DNA of 64,000 nt from an uncultured delta proteobacterium (lineage in GTDB: Bacteria; Desulfobacterota; Binatia; UBA9968): positions 32,001-96,000 of the forward strand of contig CAWDPO010000016.1 of the NCBI GenBank assembly GCA_963804165.1, in the 5' to 3' direction. The position numbers and the translations under genes were made by a program. The notes below the pieces were generated by a model. It made no database searches and was not told where the DNA came from. It saw nothing but the letters and a program-made list of their open reading frames with translations. Positions 29,585-40,018 of this stretch are shown piece by piece (the stretch's first letter is position 1; every line of letters starts with the position of its first letter).

Positions 29585-30583
29585 CTACTTGCGCCCCGCA
29601 ATGCCCAACTCTTTGTGAACTTCGCGAAGCAAGGAAAAGTCGACCAACTGCGCCAACGGCGGGCTGGCGGTGAGTTTCAACGGCTGAGTGATGGTTAAAT
29701 CGATGTTTTTGCGCATGTCGTCGTCGCTGACGCCGCCGGGATTTTGCGCGTCGATGGCTTTGGCGCAAATTTCCCATGCTCCTTCGATGACGTCGCGCGG
29801 GTGATTGAATTCGCTCTGGGCGATTTTCAACGTCTCCTCTTTGCGAGTCTTGACGAATTGCACGCTCTTGACCATTGCGCGCATCCAGCGCTTGAGCTTG
29901 TCGCGGCGATTGGCCAATTGCGCATCCGAGGTCGAATATCCCGCCCAGGGCCACGGTCCCATGTCGGCGAGGGCGGCCAATTCCGTGAATCCCTGCTTTT
30001 TGAGCAGCACAGCGGCGTCGGGATTAAAAGCGCGGGCGTGGATCGTGCCGTTGCGCATGGCGATCACCGAAGTCTCGGCGCCGCCGATATTCATGAACGT
30101 CACGTCTTTCCTCGGGTCCATGCCGCTATTCTGCAGCACCATGGACGCGGCCAACTCGGTGCTACCGCCGGGGCCAGTGGTGCCGATCACTTTTCCCTTC
30201 AAGTCCTGCACGCGCTTGATGCTGGGAGCGCCCATGAGTACGAAAAGCGATCGGTTATAGGGGAAAAAGATCGCTTTGAGCGGCGCGCCGCGCGCGGCTG
30301 CGCGCATCGAAGAACCGGCGATGCCGGCGACGTCGATCTCGCCCGCCAGCAGGGCCGTGACGACGACGCTCGAACCCACTTGAATCCATTGGACGTCGAG
30401 ATTTTCCTGAGCGAACATCCCGGCGCGCATGCCGACGTAGAGCGGCAGATAACCGAAGTCTCGGGTCGAGAGCGCGATGCGAAACAACTCGGCACGAACG
30501 TCTCTCGCGGAGCAGAGCATTATTGCCGCGAGAAGTGTGACGAGTAAGATGCGATGCGCGCAGCGGTGTAGTCGTGTTACCAT
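29585..30583 (-). CDS. ABC substrate-binding protein, NMT1/SsuA-like
   Basis: Signal peptide, YLPLYV, ALLAGEID, DLKGKVIG, LVDFSLL. Confidence 0.85.
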   Translation of the reverse strand: MVTRLHRCAHRILLVTLLAAIMLCSARDVRAELFRIALSTRDFGYLPLYVGMRAGMFAQENLDVQWIQVGSSVVVTALLAGEIDVAGIAGSSMRAAARGAPLKAIFFPYNRSLFVLMGAPSIKRVQDLKGKVIGTTGPGGSTELAASMVLQNSGMDPRKDVTFMNIGGAETSVIAMRNGTIHARAFNPDAAVLLKKQGFTELAALADMGPWPWAGYSTSDAQLANRRDKLKRWMRAMVKSVQFVKTRKEETLKIAQSEFNHPRDVIEGAWEICAKAIDAQNPGGVSDDDMRKNIDLTITQPLKLTASPPLAQLVDFSLLREVHKELGIAGRK

Positions 30584-30615
30584 TGTACTAGTGGAGCTCG
30601 ACCAATCGGACTGTT

Positions 30616-30689
30616 CCCCGCAAAGGCGCCAAGGCGCAAAGGTGAGAAGTATTTTCTTCCGAACTTAGCGTCTTTGCGCCTTTGCGGGA
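30616..30689. repeat. 8-bp periodic palindrome (GCAAAGGC type), copy 1
   Basis: GCAAAGGC GCCAAGGC GCAAAG ... CTTAGCGT CTTTGCGC CTTTGCGG. Confidence 0.8.
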
Positions 30690-30696
30690 GATTTTC

Positions 30697-31647
30697 CTAA
30701 TCAAGATATCCTTTCTCGCGGAAATATTTTTTTGCCCCCGGATGTAGCGGAATATTCAACTGCCCGGCTTCCCCGCCGCGGCAAAACTCCGTCATCGTCA
30801 TGGGCCGTTTGTCGAAATGATCGACGGGAATTTGCGCGTGGCAAAGATCGACGGCTTTGGCCATCTCGTAAGTGATCGATGACGGTAAATCGGCGTGGCA
30901 GAAAAAAGTCCAGCCGCTAAAATCGACGCAGCGAATTGCCTGCTCGAGCTTCGGATATTGTCCGCGTGTAAGCATGGCGGTGGGGAAGCCGAGTTTTTGC
31001 ATGCGACGCGCGGCGTCGTCGTTGATCGGCAAGAATCGCATCCCCGTGTCGAGCGCGCGCTCACCCCAGCTTTTGACGCCTTCGTCGAAGACGGCGTCGG
31101 CACTGCCGGATTCGATTTGATCCCTGCGCTCAGGACCGCTCGGGTTGGGTGCTTCCATCACTTTACCGCCCCAACGTTCGATGTCGCGGTAACTCATGCC
31201 GTAAGCTTTGAGCACTTCCTCGATGGCGTAGACCGTGGTTTGGAGCTTGACCCGCCGGCGTGTCGAGATTCGCAGCGGATAGTGTTGCTTCTTAATGTCT
31301 TCGAGGGATTTGATGCCGGTTTCTTTACGTACGGCAAAGATCAGCCGGTCCCAAGTCGGAAATACGCCGATGGCGCGGAGTGGTATTTTTTTCTTGTAAA
31401 AGCCGCAGCCGAGGTAGGCCATGGCCGACAGACCGACGGGGTTGCCGAAGCCGAAGTCGCATTTCTTGTTGCCGACGAGAAGCGCCGGTCCGGTGCCGCC
31501 GAGCGCGGAGTCGCGCCAGCCCATGCGCACTGCGAGCTCAGATTGGCGAGGCAATTCCACATTATTGAAAAAGGTCAAAGCGACGACATTGGCGATGTCG
31601 ACGCGCTTGGAAGTTCCGCCGATGGTGAGTTTAACAGGTTTGTCCAT
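30697..31647 (-). CDS. TAXI-family TRAP solute receptor-like protein lacking a signal peptide
   Basis: LRAIGVFP, GIKSLEDI, MRFLPI and the TAXI C-terminal IPLHPGAKKYFREKGYL. Confidence 0.75.
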   Translation of the reverse strand: MDKPVKLTIGGTSKRVDIANVVALTFFNNVELPRQSELAVRMGWRDSALGGTGPALLVGNKKCDFGFGNPVGLSAMAYLGCGFYKKKIPLRAIGVFPTWDRLIFAVRKETGIKSLEDIKKQHYPLRISTRRRVKLQTTVYAIEEVLKAYGMSYRDIERWGGKVMEAPNPSGPERRDQIESGSADAVFDEGVKSWGERALDTGMRFLPINDDAARRMQKLGFPTAMLTRGQYPKLEQAIRCVDFSGWTFFCHADLPSSITYEMAKAVDLCHAQIPVDHFDKRPMTMTEFCRGGEAGQLNIPLHPGAKKYFREKGYLD

Positions 31648-31726
31648 GTTGTGGTCCTAATGAATTCTTCTGCTGGATTGAGTCGGAGTATTCACTACGA
31701 GGCGAAGCCGCAAACCCAACTCGGAG

Positions 31727-31843
31727 TATCTCCCGCAAAGGCGCGAAGGCCGCAAAGGTCGGAGATTATGGTTGAAAATCATGCGTGAGAGTCTTCCTCT
31801 TTCCCCTATAAACTTGGCGCCTTTGCGCCTTGCCGGGAGATAT
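31727..31843. repeat. 8-bp periodic palindrome (GCAAAGGC type), copy 2
   Basis: TATCTCCCGCAAAGGCGCGAAGGCCGCAAAG ... CTTGGCGCCTTTGCGCCTTGCCGGGAGATA. Confidence 0.8.
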
Positions 31844-31852
31844 TCGCGAAAT

Positions 31853-32299
31853 TCAGTTCGCCTGCCGTGGGCGCCGGCCGCCGGGCCGGGGAAAATGCAG
31901 TTCCAGATAATTGCCCTCGGAGTCGAACATATAAATGGTATTGCCGCTGTCGCGCTCGACGCTGCGATGAAACCGGCCGATTTCCTTCGCGGTCTTCAGC
32001 GCGTCGTCGTAGTCTTCCCACGCCATGTCGAAGGCTTGATGAAAGATGCCGTCTTCATCCAGAGCGTCGCGTTCGATTGGCTTGGGCCGTTCGAACAGCA
32101 CCACGTCGTCGTTGCCGCAGCGGAAACGGTCGAGCTTTTGCACCACGCCGTGAATTGGAAACGAATCCGGGTTATTCGGATTGCCGCCGACCCGGCCGAG
32201 ATATTCCATGCCCAGAACTTGCGTGTAAAAATCTTTCGCCCGATCCAAATTATCCACCGGGATCCCCATGTGATAGACCTTTTGCAGTTTCATAATCAC
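31853..32299 (-). CDS. VOC/glyoxalase family protein
   Basis: HMGIPVDNLDRAKDFYTQVLG, HQAF, YMFDSEGNYLEL. Confidence 0.88.
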   Translation of the reverse strand: MIMKLQKVYHMGIPVDNLDRAKDFYTQVLGMEYLGRVGGNPNNPDSFPIHGVVQKLDRFRCGNDDVVLFERPKPIERDALDEDGIFHQAFDMAWEDYDDALKTAKEIGRFHRSVERDSGNTIYMFDSEGNYLELHFPRPGGRRPRQAN

Positions 32300-32443
32300 A
32301 TTCCTCCTCTGTCTCGATTGCGGGCGTGATTTTCTGCCTAAGTGGAATTAGTGTCAAGCGGATAGAACCGAGCGGTTATCCGTACGGTTCTCTTTGCTTT
32401 TTATCTTTGCCTGTGGCGGCGAGGATTTCCGAAGATCCGCAGT

Positions 32444-32472
32444 AGTCGAACCGGCGACCTGATGATTACAAA
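32444..32472 (-). pseudogene. Degenerate tRNA-Thr(TGT) 3' fragment, possible att remnant
   Basis: Minus strand TTTGTAA-TCATC-AGGTC-GCCGG-TTCGACT reads as anticodon loop, 3' anticodon stem, variable loop and T arm. Confidence 0.6.
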
Positions 32473-32609
32473 AAAAACCAGCTATCAGAAAACCCGCAGA
32501 AAAACAGGAGTAGTAGCTCGGTCCAACCTCGGTTCCTATGGTTTCGCAGAGTTCGTGTGGAAACAAGATGGAAACATTTTGTACCGAGCATTCAATTTGG
32601 TCAATTGAA

Positions 32610-33351
32610 CTAGTCGGAATAAACGGTTTCGGGTACTTTCATGAATTCCTCGACTGTGCCAGCAACGTGGGTCGAAAAATCCCTTACAAGGAACCGGCCT
32701 TGCCTGCCCCGCGCTATTATCTGTTCCCATTGCCTGCACAGGATGTCTGCCAACAAAGTGCCCTGCTGGTACGGAGTGGGTTTGGTTCCTGGAGTCCTTT
32801 TACTGATTTGCTCGATGGCACCGAACGTGAGACGATCCGCATTGATGTTGAAACGTTCTGGATGCTCGCTCACGGCATCGCGAGCCGTTTTCGGAATCTC
32901 TCCGGATTGCGGCTTCAAATACAGCCCGGTGATCCGCTTTAAGAGATTTACTGTCGTAATAGACATCTATGCGTCCCAGGGGCATCTGGCTATGGTGAAG
33001 CCAGGCAACTCCCGTACAAATAGTAAAAGCCATCATTTGAGACCAGATATTGTCCGGTCGGCTCATTGCAGCAATGTCTCCGGTTGCGTCCATCTCACCT
33101 GACACATAGTGCGACTGCGGAACATTTGCATGAGCCACTACAGCTACTCCATGGGATTGTTCCAAAACATGCTCGAGCGTTTGCAGCTGACGCTTTGCCT
33201 TCACCTGTCCCGCTTTAGCGGTCTCATCTGAGAGGTTCAGCCAATGATGGCGTAGGAAGATGCAGCAACCGTTGACAACGGTTGTGGATGAGCCAGTAAA
33301 CTCATATCGCTCGTCAAGGAATGCGATAAGCATGTAAGGAGCAGTAGGCAC
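32610..33351 (-). CDS. Hypothetical protein, DUF3800/RNase H-like, frameshift near 32900
   Basis: IAFLDE at the N-terminus, IDVYYD centrally, QGTLLADILC near the C-terminus, spread over two overlapping ORFs. Confidence 0.45.
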
Positions 33352-33602
33352 ATGTTGCTTTTACCATGGAAGATGGGCAAAACGAATGGCCGACTTCCTG
33401 ATTGCCAGTTATTTATCTTGAATGAATCGACGAGTGGCATCGGCGCATGGAAGCGTGAATTTATCGATAAACGCCAGATTGAACTCGCGAAGCAAGCCCT
33501 CGCTAAATTCTTAGAGGTGCGGGACGCCGTTGCATTCATCCGAGACCCTTTATCTATCGCCCGGTGTAGTTAGCGCCGCTTAGGTGCCTCGAACTGACGC
33601 GC

Positions 33603-34634
33603 ATGTTATCTATCACCGCCGGGTTGTATAATCTCTTCGTCGTCGTCTGGTTTTGCTGCTATCTGCAGTGGCGGGATTCAGTCTGGTGGTTGGCTCTCCT
33701 CAATGCGTTTGCCCCTCTGTTCTTTGCACCTATCTTGATTTATTTGCCACTTGGTATCCTCGCGCCATCCATTGCGGCGTGGACGGGGGTCGTCATACCG
33801 GCACTAATTTTTCTCTATTTCTACGGTTCTCAGTTTTTGTTCAAACCATCCCGGCCCACCGAGACCGCTAGCGACCCGGTCACGATTATGACGTTTAACG
33901 TTTGGTGGCATAGTCGGCCAGACCAGATAGCGCCGGTCATCACGCAGAACGGGAGCATTGATGTCGCAGCTCTCCAGGAGATGAGAGAACACATGGCGCA
34001 GTATCTGATCGACGCCTGGGGTGCTCATTACCCCTACCGTCTGTTGCAAACGGGGACGGGCACGCCTCGGCTGGGCATCTTCAGCCGCTACCCACTCATT
34101 CCAGTTGCAACCGATCATTTAGCGGCGTTCGATTTTCGCATTCAGGCGGCGCGCGTGATCGCGCCGGCGGGGGAATTTTTGCTTTATAATGTCCACCCGC
34201 GCGCTCCAAATTTTTGGGAATGTTTTCATGAGCACAAATCCTTTGCCCGCGAAACAGCGCGCTCGATCCAGTTTCGTTTGCGATACATCGAAGCCCTGCT
34301 CGCAGATATTGACAGCCAAGATCAGCCCGTCGTGGTAGTGGGCGACTTTAACTGCACCCCGCAAAGCGCCTTTTATGCCCGATTGGCATCGAGGTTGGTC
34401 GACGGGCACCGCTCCGCTGGACGGGGGTTTGGACATACATTTCCCGTCCACATCAAAGCTATAGCCGGTCTGCCGGTGCCGTTCTCATTCATGCGCTTGG
34501 ACATGCTCTTCCATTCGACAGAGCTCGTAACACTCCACAGCCGCGTCGGAAAACGGCACGGTGATTCAGACCATTCACCCGTCATCACGACCTTGACATG
34601 GCGAACACCACAGGCAGAGACACAGGGCAGTTGA
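33603..34634 (+). CDS. Membrane-anchored endonuclease/exonuclease/phosphatase family protein
   Basis: Three N-terminal TMs, MTFNV, ALQE, VGDFN, RLD, SDHSP. Confidence 0.88.
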   Translation: MLSITAGLYNLFVVVWFCCYLQWRDSVWWLALLNAFAPLFFAPILIYLPLGILAPSIAAWTGVVIPALIFLYFYGSQFLFKPSRPTETASDPVTIMTFNVWWHSRPDQIAPVITQNGSIDVAALQEMREHMAQYLIDAWGAHYPYRLLQTGTGTPRLGIFSRYPLIPVATDHLAAFDFRIQAARVIAPAGEFLLYNVHPRAPNFWECFHEHKSFARETARSIQFRLRYIEALLADIDSQDQPVVVVGDFNCTPQSAFYARLASRLVDGHRSAGRGFGHTFPVHIKAIAGLPVPFSFMRLDMLFHSTELVTLHSRVGKRHGDSDHSPVITTLTWRTPQAETQGS

Positions 34635-34916
34635 CTTGAGAACGGCATATTTAAAAACGGCCTCGGACGATTGGTTTGTGCATTTCAACCCGAATTCCGC
34701 AGTAGAAAAATCACGGTGAGGAGTCGAAAAGGGTCAAGTCCGCTGTTAGCTAAAAACGACGATGGCAGAAAGCAAACAGCAGACTTTGATCATTTAGACT
34801 ATCTTGCCTGTGTAGACCGACGGGATCGGCGGCGTCGGTTTTCACCTTGCCAGCAGCCTTTACCGATATTAGTATCCGCACGACAGAGCTCAATATTTCC
34901 GCAGTAGGATGGATGC

Positions 34917-35941
34917 ATGATCAAAACAAAACGCCTGCGCATGATCGTAGGCGTACTGACTTTTCTTGTAATAGCTCCAACGCCTGCACTGTGGACAATC
35001 GTTTATGCCGCCGACACTTTCTACAACGGTGGCGCGGGCGCAACAGGAGTTCGGGAATTGCCTCTGTTCGTTGCGAAGGATTTCAAGATCTTCGACAAGT
35101 CGGCCTCGATGTGGAGTTGATTTCCACAAACGGAGGTTCACCTTTGGTGCAAGCCCTGGTGGGTGGCAGTATGCAATCGGCAAGTCTTGCTGCCATGGCT
35201 CCGATAAGAGCGATTCAAGCCGGCGCCAATTTGGCGATCGTCGCCGGGTTTCTGAACAAGAATATGTACTCCTTTGTCACCCGACAAAACATTCAAAAAG
35301 CCTCGGATCTCAAAGGTAAAACCATAGGAATTGCCAGCTTCGGCGCAGCCAACGAGTTTAGCGCATTAATGGCATTGAAGGCACTTGGGATTCCGCCCAA
35401 TGAAGTAAATCTCAGGGTTGCCGGAGGAAGCTTGGCTCGATTGACCGGTATCGAACACGGCGGTATTGATGCCACGGTTGTTCCGCACAGTAATAATGCA
35501 GTAGCAATCGGGAGAGGAATGCGCGTTTTTGCCGACCTCGCGAAACTCGTAAAAGAATTTCCTGACGGGACCGTCGTGATGAAACGAAATCTGTCCCAGC
35601 GTGAAAGGGCTGCGTCAAGACGATTCCTACAGGCGTTGAGTGAAGCGATCTACCGGTTGAAAACTGAGCCGGCCATGCGGGAGACCATCGTTGCAAGTAT
35701 GCAGAAGCGCATGAGAGTCAACCGCAAATATGCCGAGGAAGTTTACGAAGAATACAACGAAGTATTTTCCTATCCCCCTCGAGTAGGGCGCGAGGGACTG
35801 CAAGACGTTTTGGAAATCATGGCAAGGCAAGCGAATAAGCCTCAGGCAGAGTTCAAAATAGAGCGGTTTGTTGACGAGAGCCTTATGGATGAGCTGGCCG
35901 CCGAAGGCTTTTTCAAGAAACTGGAAGCTCGCAGCAATTAG
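34917..35941 (+). CDS. ABC substrate-binding protein, NMT1-like, frameshift near 35100
   Basis: Signal peptide and ELPLFVAKDFKIFDK in one frame, GLDVELI...DLKGKTIGIASFG in another. Confidence 0.78.
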
Positions 35942-35970
35942 AATTCTCACAGCGAAAAAGGAGAGCCGTC

Positions 35971-36846
35971 ATGACCACGAGAATCAAACATATCAGCATA
36001 ATGAGCCAGACTCCGCCACGTCTTTTTAAGTTTTACGAATGTCTATTCGATTTCCGCACAACTGCACGTGATCCGGCCGCGGAGCGCGACCGCGCCAAAG
36101 CAACGGGTCATCGGATCCTGGCATCGGGACGCGTTGCCAGTGCCTTTGCTCGAACCGTCATAGCAAGCGATGGCAACATCGGTGTTGCTTTCAACCAGCG
36201 CCGCCCCGGGTATCCGGGCGGACTCGATCACTTCGGCATGATGGTCGATGACATCGGGGAAGCGCTCAAGAGAATCAAAGAAAAGTACCCGACCGTTGGC
36301 GCCGTGAAACGACCTCCGGGCCGGCCCTTCGTCGACTACAGCAGCCACGACCCCGAGGGAAACATATTTGACATTGTCGAGCCCGGAAAAAAACAAGTAG
36401 TCGGTGTGTGGACAGAGGCGGAAAACACAAGACCACGCCGCATTAAACATTTCACCATCCGCGCAATGCATCCCGCAGCCTTGGCGCAATTTTACATCGA
36501 CGTCTTTGAGTTCAAGCAGGAAGAAAAAGCGCTGGAAGATCCGAACTTTTATCTTACGGATGGTACCGTGACGATGATCCTGGCTCCCTACAAGATCGAG
36601 GACTATCTCGGCACGGAACATAAGCGACCGGGTTTTGATCACATAGGATTTGAGGTGGAAAACTTGGAAGCGTTCAAAAACGACGTTGAAGCCTTGGCCC
36701 AGACCGACCCTGAATATCTAGCTCCGAAGGCTCCGAACGTCGAGTCCGAATATCAAGTGATCATGGACCTCCTTCGGAGCTGCCGGCATGGACAACACCA
36801 AATGTGTGACCCAGAGGGAAACCTGATGGATATTTCAAACAGCTAA
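35971..36846 (+). CDS. Tandem VOC domain protein
   Basis: RIKHISI...LDHFG...DPEGNIFDI and RIKHFTI...FDHIGFEV...DPEGNLMDI. Confidence 0.85.
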   Translation: MTTRIKHISIMSQTPPRLFKFYECLFDFRTTARDPAAERDRAKATGHRILASGRVASAFARTVIASDGNIGVAFNQRRPGYPGGLDHFGMMVDDIGEALKRIKEKYPTVGAVKRPPGRPFVDYSSHDPEGNIFDIVEPGKKQVVGVWTEAENTRPRRIKHFTIRAMHPAALAQFYIDVFEFKQEEKALEDPNFYLTDGTVTMILAPYKIEDYLGTEHKRPGFDHIGFEVENLEAFKNDVEALAQTDPEYLAPKAPNVESEYQVIMDLLRSCRHGQHQMCDPEGNLMDISNS

Positions 36847-37005
36847 GGTAAAGGTTAGTGCTTGACGGAACGAGTCGGTTTGATTGGCTTGAAGGAGAAA
36901 TTATTTCAATCCTACGCTCGAAAATGACAAAGACGAGGTTCGCCTGAAACTAGTAGAGCAACGGGTGTGGATTTGTACGTTGGAACGTGAACCGATTTGG
37001 CGGCG

Positions 37006-38307
37006 TTATTTCCCAAGCTCCTTTGTAACTCTCCACAATGCTGGCAGAGTCTGAAGCCACCAAACGATGGAGACCAAAGGGTCGTTGAAAGAACTGGCAA
37101 AATAAAAATCATAAAATTTCTTTTTCCGGTTGAAATACGTATCGTGATAAGACCGCATTAATTCTTTGACGCTTGGCGGAGAATTCAAAGGATCAATGGG
37201 CCTCCGGCCTTGGAGATTCACGCGAAACTTGTAGACGAGCAGATCGGCGAGTTTGACCCCCAGTCCCAGCAGATCCTCGACCGGATGGAGAAACATGGTT
37301 CCGGCGGGATAATCCTTTACGGCCTCCACTTCTTCTCCTCGGGCTATCTTTAGGCACATCAAGGGTTCGTTAATTCCCACCGCCACTCGATACCATAGCC
37401 CGTTTCCCAATCGGGGGTTGATTTCCATTAATTTGGGTACTCCGGTCCGGGAATCGATTTTCACTTGGACGATCATGGTGCCCCACCAGCCGATTTTCTG
37501 GCCGAGCTTTGCGGCCTGCATGGTCCAAGGATGGGAACCAAAACTCTCTAGAGCCGTCCCGATGTGTTGATGCAGTCGATGTAGATTCCGAATCCTCTTC
37601 GGGGCAAAAGCCAACTTTAGAACTCCCGCGGCATCTAGGAGTACAACGACTAAATCCTCCTGTTTACCTGGAATATACTCTTGAATCATGTGCGAGCTCT
37701 GGTTCGATCCTCTACGGCTCTTTTCCAAAAGCTCCGGCAGGTTTCTTACCATCCCGGTGCCGCGGCCTCCGGCGGTAAACCTGGGCTTGACCACCAGCGG
37801 GAAGCCCAGTTCCTCGCCGATTCTTTTTAGATCCTCCTCGCTCTCCGCTAGATAGGTCTTAGGGCAGGGGAATCCGACTTCCTGTGCCGCCTGGATCGTC
37901 CGGTACTTGTCCAGCGGCGTGAGAACCGTCTCGTAATCGGGGATGGGAATAACAATGCCTAGTCGTTCGAACTTCTCCTTGTTTTTGGAGAAAACATAGA
38001 CGTGAGGGTCGAAAGAAGGAAAGATCGTGTCGATTTTGTCTTCCTCGCAGATCCTTAACACCGCCTGAATATAATTTTCTTCCTTCTCCGTATTCTCCCT
38101 CTGGATTTTTCCCGCTCTCCAGTCAGCTGCCGGGGATGGAGTAAAGTAACGCCTATCGACTAGGCGGGAGCGGGCCGCATGGGAGAACCAGGCGGCAAGC
38201 CGGTTGTCCCCTTCCATCGTGACAACGATCTTATTGGCATGGGGCCGCAAGGCGCGGATGATGGCGTAGGCTTGAGCATTGCGCGTGTTGGTGACGAGGA
38301 GGTTCAT
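37006..38307 (-). CDS. ATP-grasp domain protein (carboxylate-amine ligase-like)
   Basis: LDKYRT, FPCPKT, FPLVVKPR, IQEYIPG, LMEINPRL. Confidence 0.85.
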   Translation of the reverse strand: MNLLVTNTRNAQAYAIIRALRPHANKIVVTMEGDNRLAAWFSHAARSRLVDRRYFTPSPAADWRAGKIQRENTEKEENYIQAVLRICEEDKIDTIFPSFDPHVYVFSKNKEKFERLGIVIPIPDYETVLTPLDKYRTIQAAQEVGFPCPKTYLAESEEDLKRIGEELGFPLVVKPRFTAGGRGTGMVRNLPELLEKSRRGSNQSSHMIQEYIPGKQEDLVVVLLDAAGVLKLAFAPKRIRNLHRLHQHIGTALESFGSHPWTMQAAKLGQKIGWWGTMIVQVKIDSRTGVPKLMEINPRLGNGLWYRVAVGINEPLMCLKIARGEEVEAVKDYPAGTMFLHPVEDLLGLGVKLADLLVYKFRVNLQGRRPIDPLNSPPSVKELMRSYHDTYFNRKKKFYDFYFASSFNDPLVSIVWWLQTLPALWRVTKELGK

Positions 38308-38483
38308 GATCTATGCCCCACATTTCAGCCAAGCCTTTTTGAGCACGAACGTGAGATTCACCTTATGTTACCTTATCAGGAACACAAAAGGGCACCTGAT
38401 TTTATAGTGATTTATTTGCCTCAAGATTGAACGATCGGACAAGTTTATGTCCAATGCAAGAAGGAACGTAGGGAACATTTCAA

Positions 38484-38730
38484 CCCCAACAGCGATTTAC
38501 TGCAGGGTTTGGTTCCAACTCGGTCGCAGTCCTGGATGTGGATGACGATGGTATTCGGGACATCGTGACAGCCAACAGAGCAACGAGCGATTTTTCAGTG
38601 TTGCTTGGAAATGGCTCTGGGAACTTCCAATCCCAACAGAAATTTATAGCTGGAAATGGTCCTAGAGCTATGGTCGTGGTGGATGTGAATGGAGACGGCG
38701 AGCCTGACGTTGTGACTGCCAACACTAGCC
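38484..38730 (+). pseudogene. FG-GAP/VCBS repeat fragment
   Basis: DVDDDGIRDIVTAN..SVLLGNGSG and DVNGDGEPDVVTAN with no plausible start or end. Confidence 0.65.
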
Positions 38731-38906
38731 AAATTCTGTATCAATTATTCTCCATCGTCCAAATGATTGAGCCTACCTCATCGCGGACAGGCCGCGCTGG
38801 GCTCGGAGGGATTTATTCAACAGATTATGGAAAAAAGTTAGAAAAAGTTAGCAAGAAAAAGTTGGGACTTTCGATTCTTATAATTGGCTTTGTTATTGCT
38901 GAAGTT

Positions 38907-39063
38907 ATGGTCTGCGGCTACGGAGCGAATACCCAGGAGAGCACTGTCACGTCAACTCGCGGGGCAACGAGCGTAAAGCGATTTTTAGAGACGACACCGA
39001 CCGGGAGGTTTTTGGATTTGGTGAATCGGTCGATAGAGCAGTTCGCCCTTCGCCTACACGCCT
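38907..39063 (+). pseudogene. REP-associated tyrosine transposase (RAYT/Y1_Tnp) N-terminal remnant 1
   Basis: Across frameshifts reads LRSEYPG..HVNSRGNERKAIFRDDTDR..FLDLV..SIEQFALRLHA. Confidence 0.7.
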
Positions 39064-39138
39064 GTCAGCGCATCGGTTGGCTGGATGGAATCAGTTCTTC
39101 CAAGGTGACAGGTTTGTTTTCTAATCTGCTCATCGTAG

Positions 39139-39519
39139 TTATCTCTCAGTCCGTATAAATTCCTCGATTTTTGCTTTGATTAGCTCTAAAGAAATCGGTT
39201 TTTCTATGTAATCGACCATTCCTGCATGCAGGGCCGTTTCCCGCCATTGCCATCCGAGAAACGCGCTGCAACCGATGATGGGTATTTTTGCGCTCGCCGA
39301 ATTCTTTCTTATCGCCCGCGCTACATCGGCGCCTTTGATGTCGGGTAGGTCAATATCCAATAAAACGAGATTGGGTTTGCCGGAAATTGCTGCTTTCACT
39401 GCCTCCGAACCATTTGCGGCTTGCGAGATTTCATAGCCAGAAGAACGCAGCATCCGCGCTAAGATTTCCCTAAGATGCTGATTGTCGTCAACGATGAGGA
39501 TATTTCGCGTCATACCCAT
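39139..39519 (-). CDS. Single-domain response regulator
   Basis: ILIVDD, LVLLDIDLP, IPIIGCSA, YIEKP. Confidence 0.9.
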   Translation of the reverse strand: MGMTRNILIVDDNQHLREILARMLRSSGYEISQAANGSEAVKAAISGKPNLVLLDIDLPDIKGADVARAIRKNSASAKIPIIGCSAFLGWQWRETALHAGMVDYIEKPISLELIKAKIEEFIRTER

Positions 39520-39574
39520 TGATTGAAACCAAGCACTCGAAATCCTTTTCCGTATGAAGGGAATCCCTACCAAC

Positions 39575-40018
39575 TTATCTTTGGGAAACGTCGATCGACC
39601 GTTGGAAACGAGTCGTTCGTCGACGAGATGGCGAACCGAGCTGTTGCAGCTCTTTAATCGTAAAGCTTCGACTATCGCTCGGTCCACCAGGTCTCGCGGA
39701 ATTTACAAGAACCAAATGAGGCGTCCAGGAAATGTGAAATGCACGTGCTTCGGCTCTATCAAGGTGATCGCCTAAACTACGTAGCGCATGGGAAAGTTTA
39801 TTCTTGGCTAATCCGCGAAAAAAATAATGACGATGTCTCTGCTTTTTTGCCTGCCCTTCATGCCGCAAAATGTCGGCAGAACTGAAACGCATCAACCGAT
39901 GGGTCAACGAATTGCTGAGGACGAGATAATTGCCGCGATTATTCTCGATTTCAAAGACCGTCACTCGAGCTTTCTCAAGCGACTGTCCGATTGTTCTCAG
40001 TGACGTGGCGTGACTCAT
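39575..40018 (-). CDS. Hypothetical protein
   Basis: ATG with AGGAG RBS; 147 aa with an internal SLRTIGQSLE / ALRSLGDHLD duplication. Confidence 0.6.
   Translation of the reverse strand: MSHATSLRTIGQSLEKARVTVFEIENNRGNYLVLSNSLTHRLMRFSSADILRHEGQAKKQRHRHYFFRGLAKNKLSHALRSLGDHLDRAEARAFHISWTPHLVLVNSARPGGPSDSRSFTIKELQQLGSPSRRRTTRFQRSIDVSQR

Noticed and set aside
28300-31788. Long alternative-frame and antisense ORFs (e.g. 28300-29313, 29744-30547, 30895-31788; also 60377-61465)
   Set aside because: Shadows of GC-rich genes with Arg-rich, motif-free translations.
38538-39158. 206-aa ORF as a real gene
   Set aside because: Chimeric read-through of an FG-GAP fragment, spacer DNA and a RAYT remnant.
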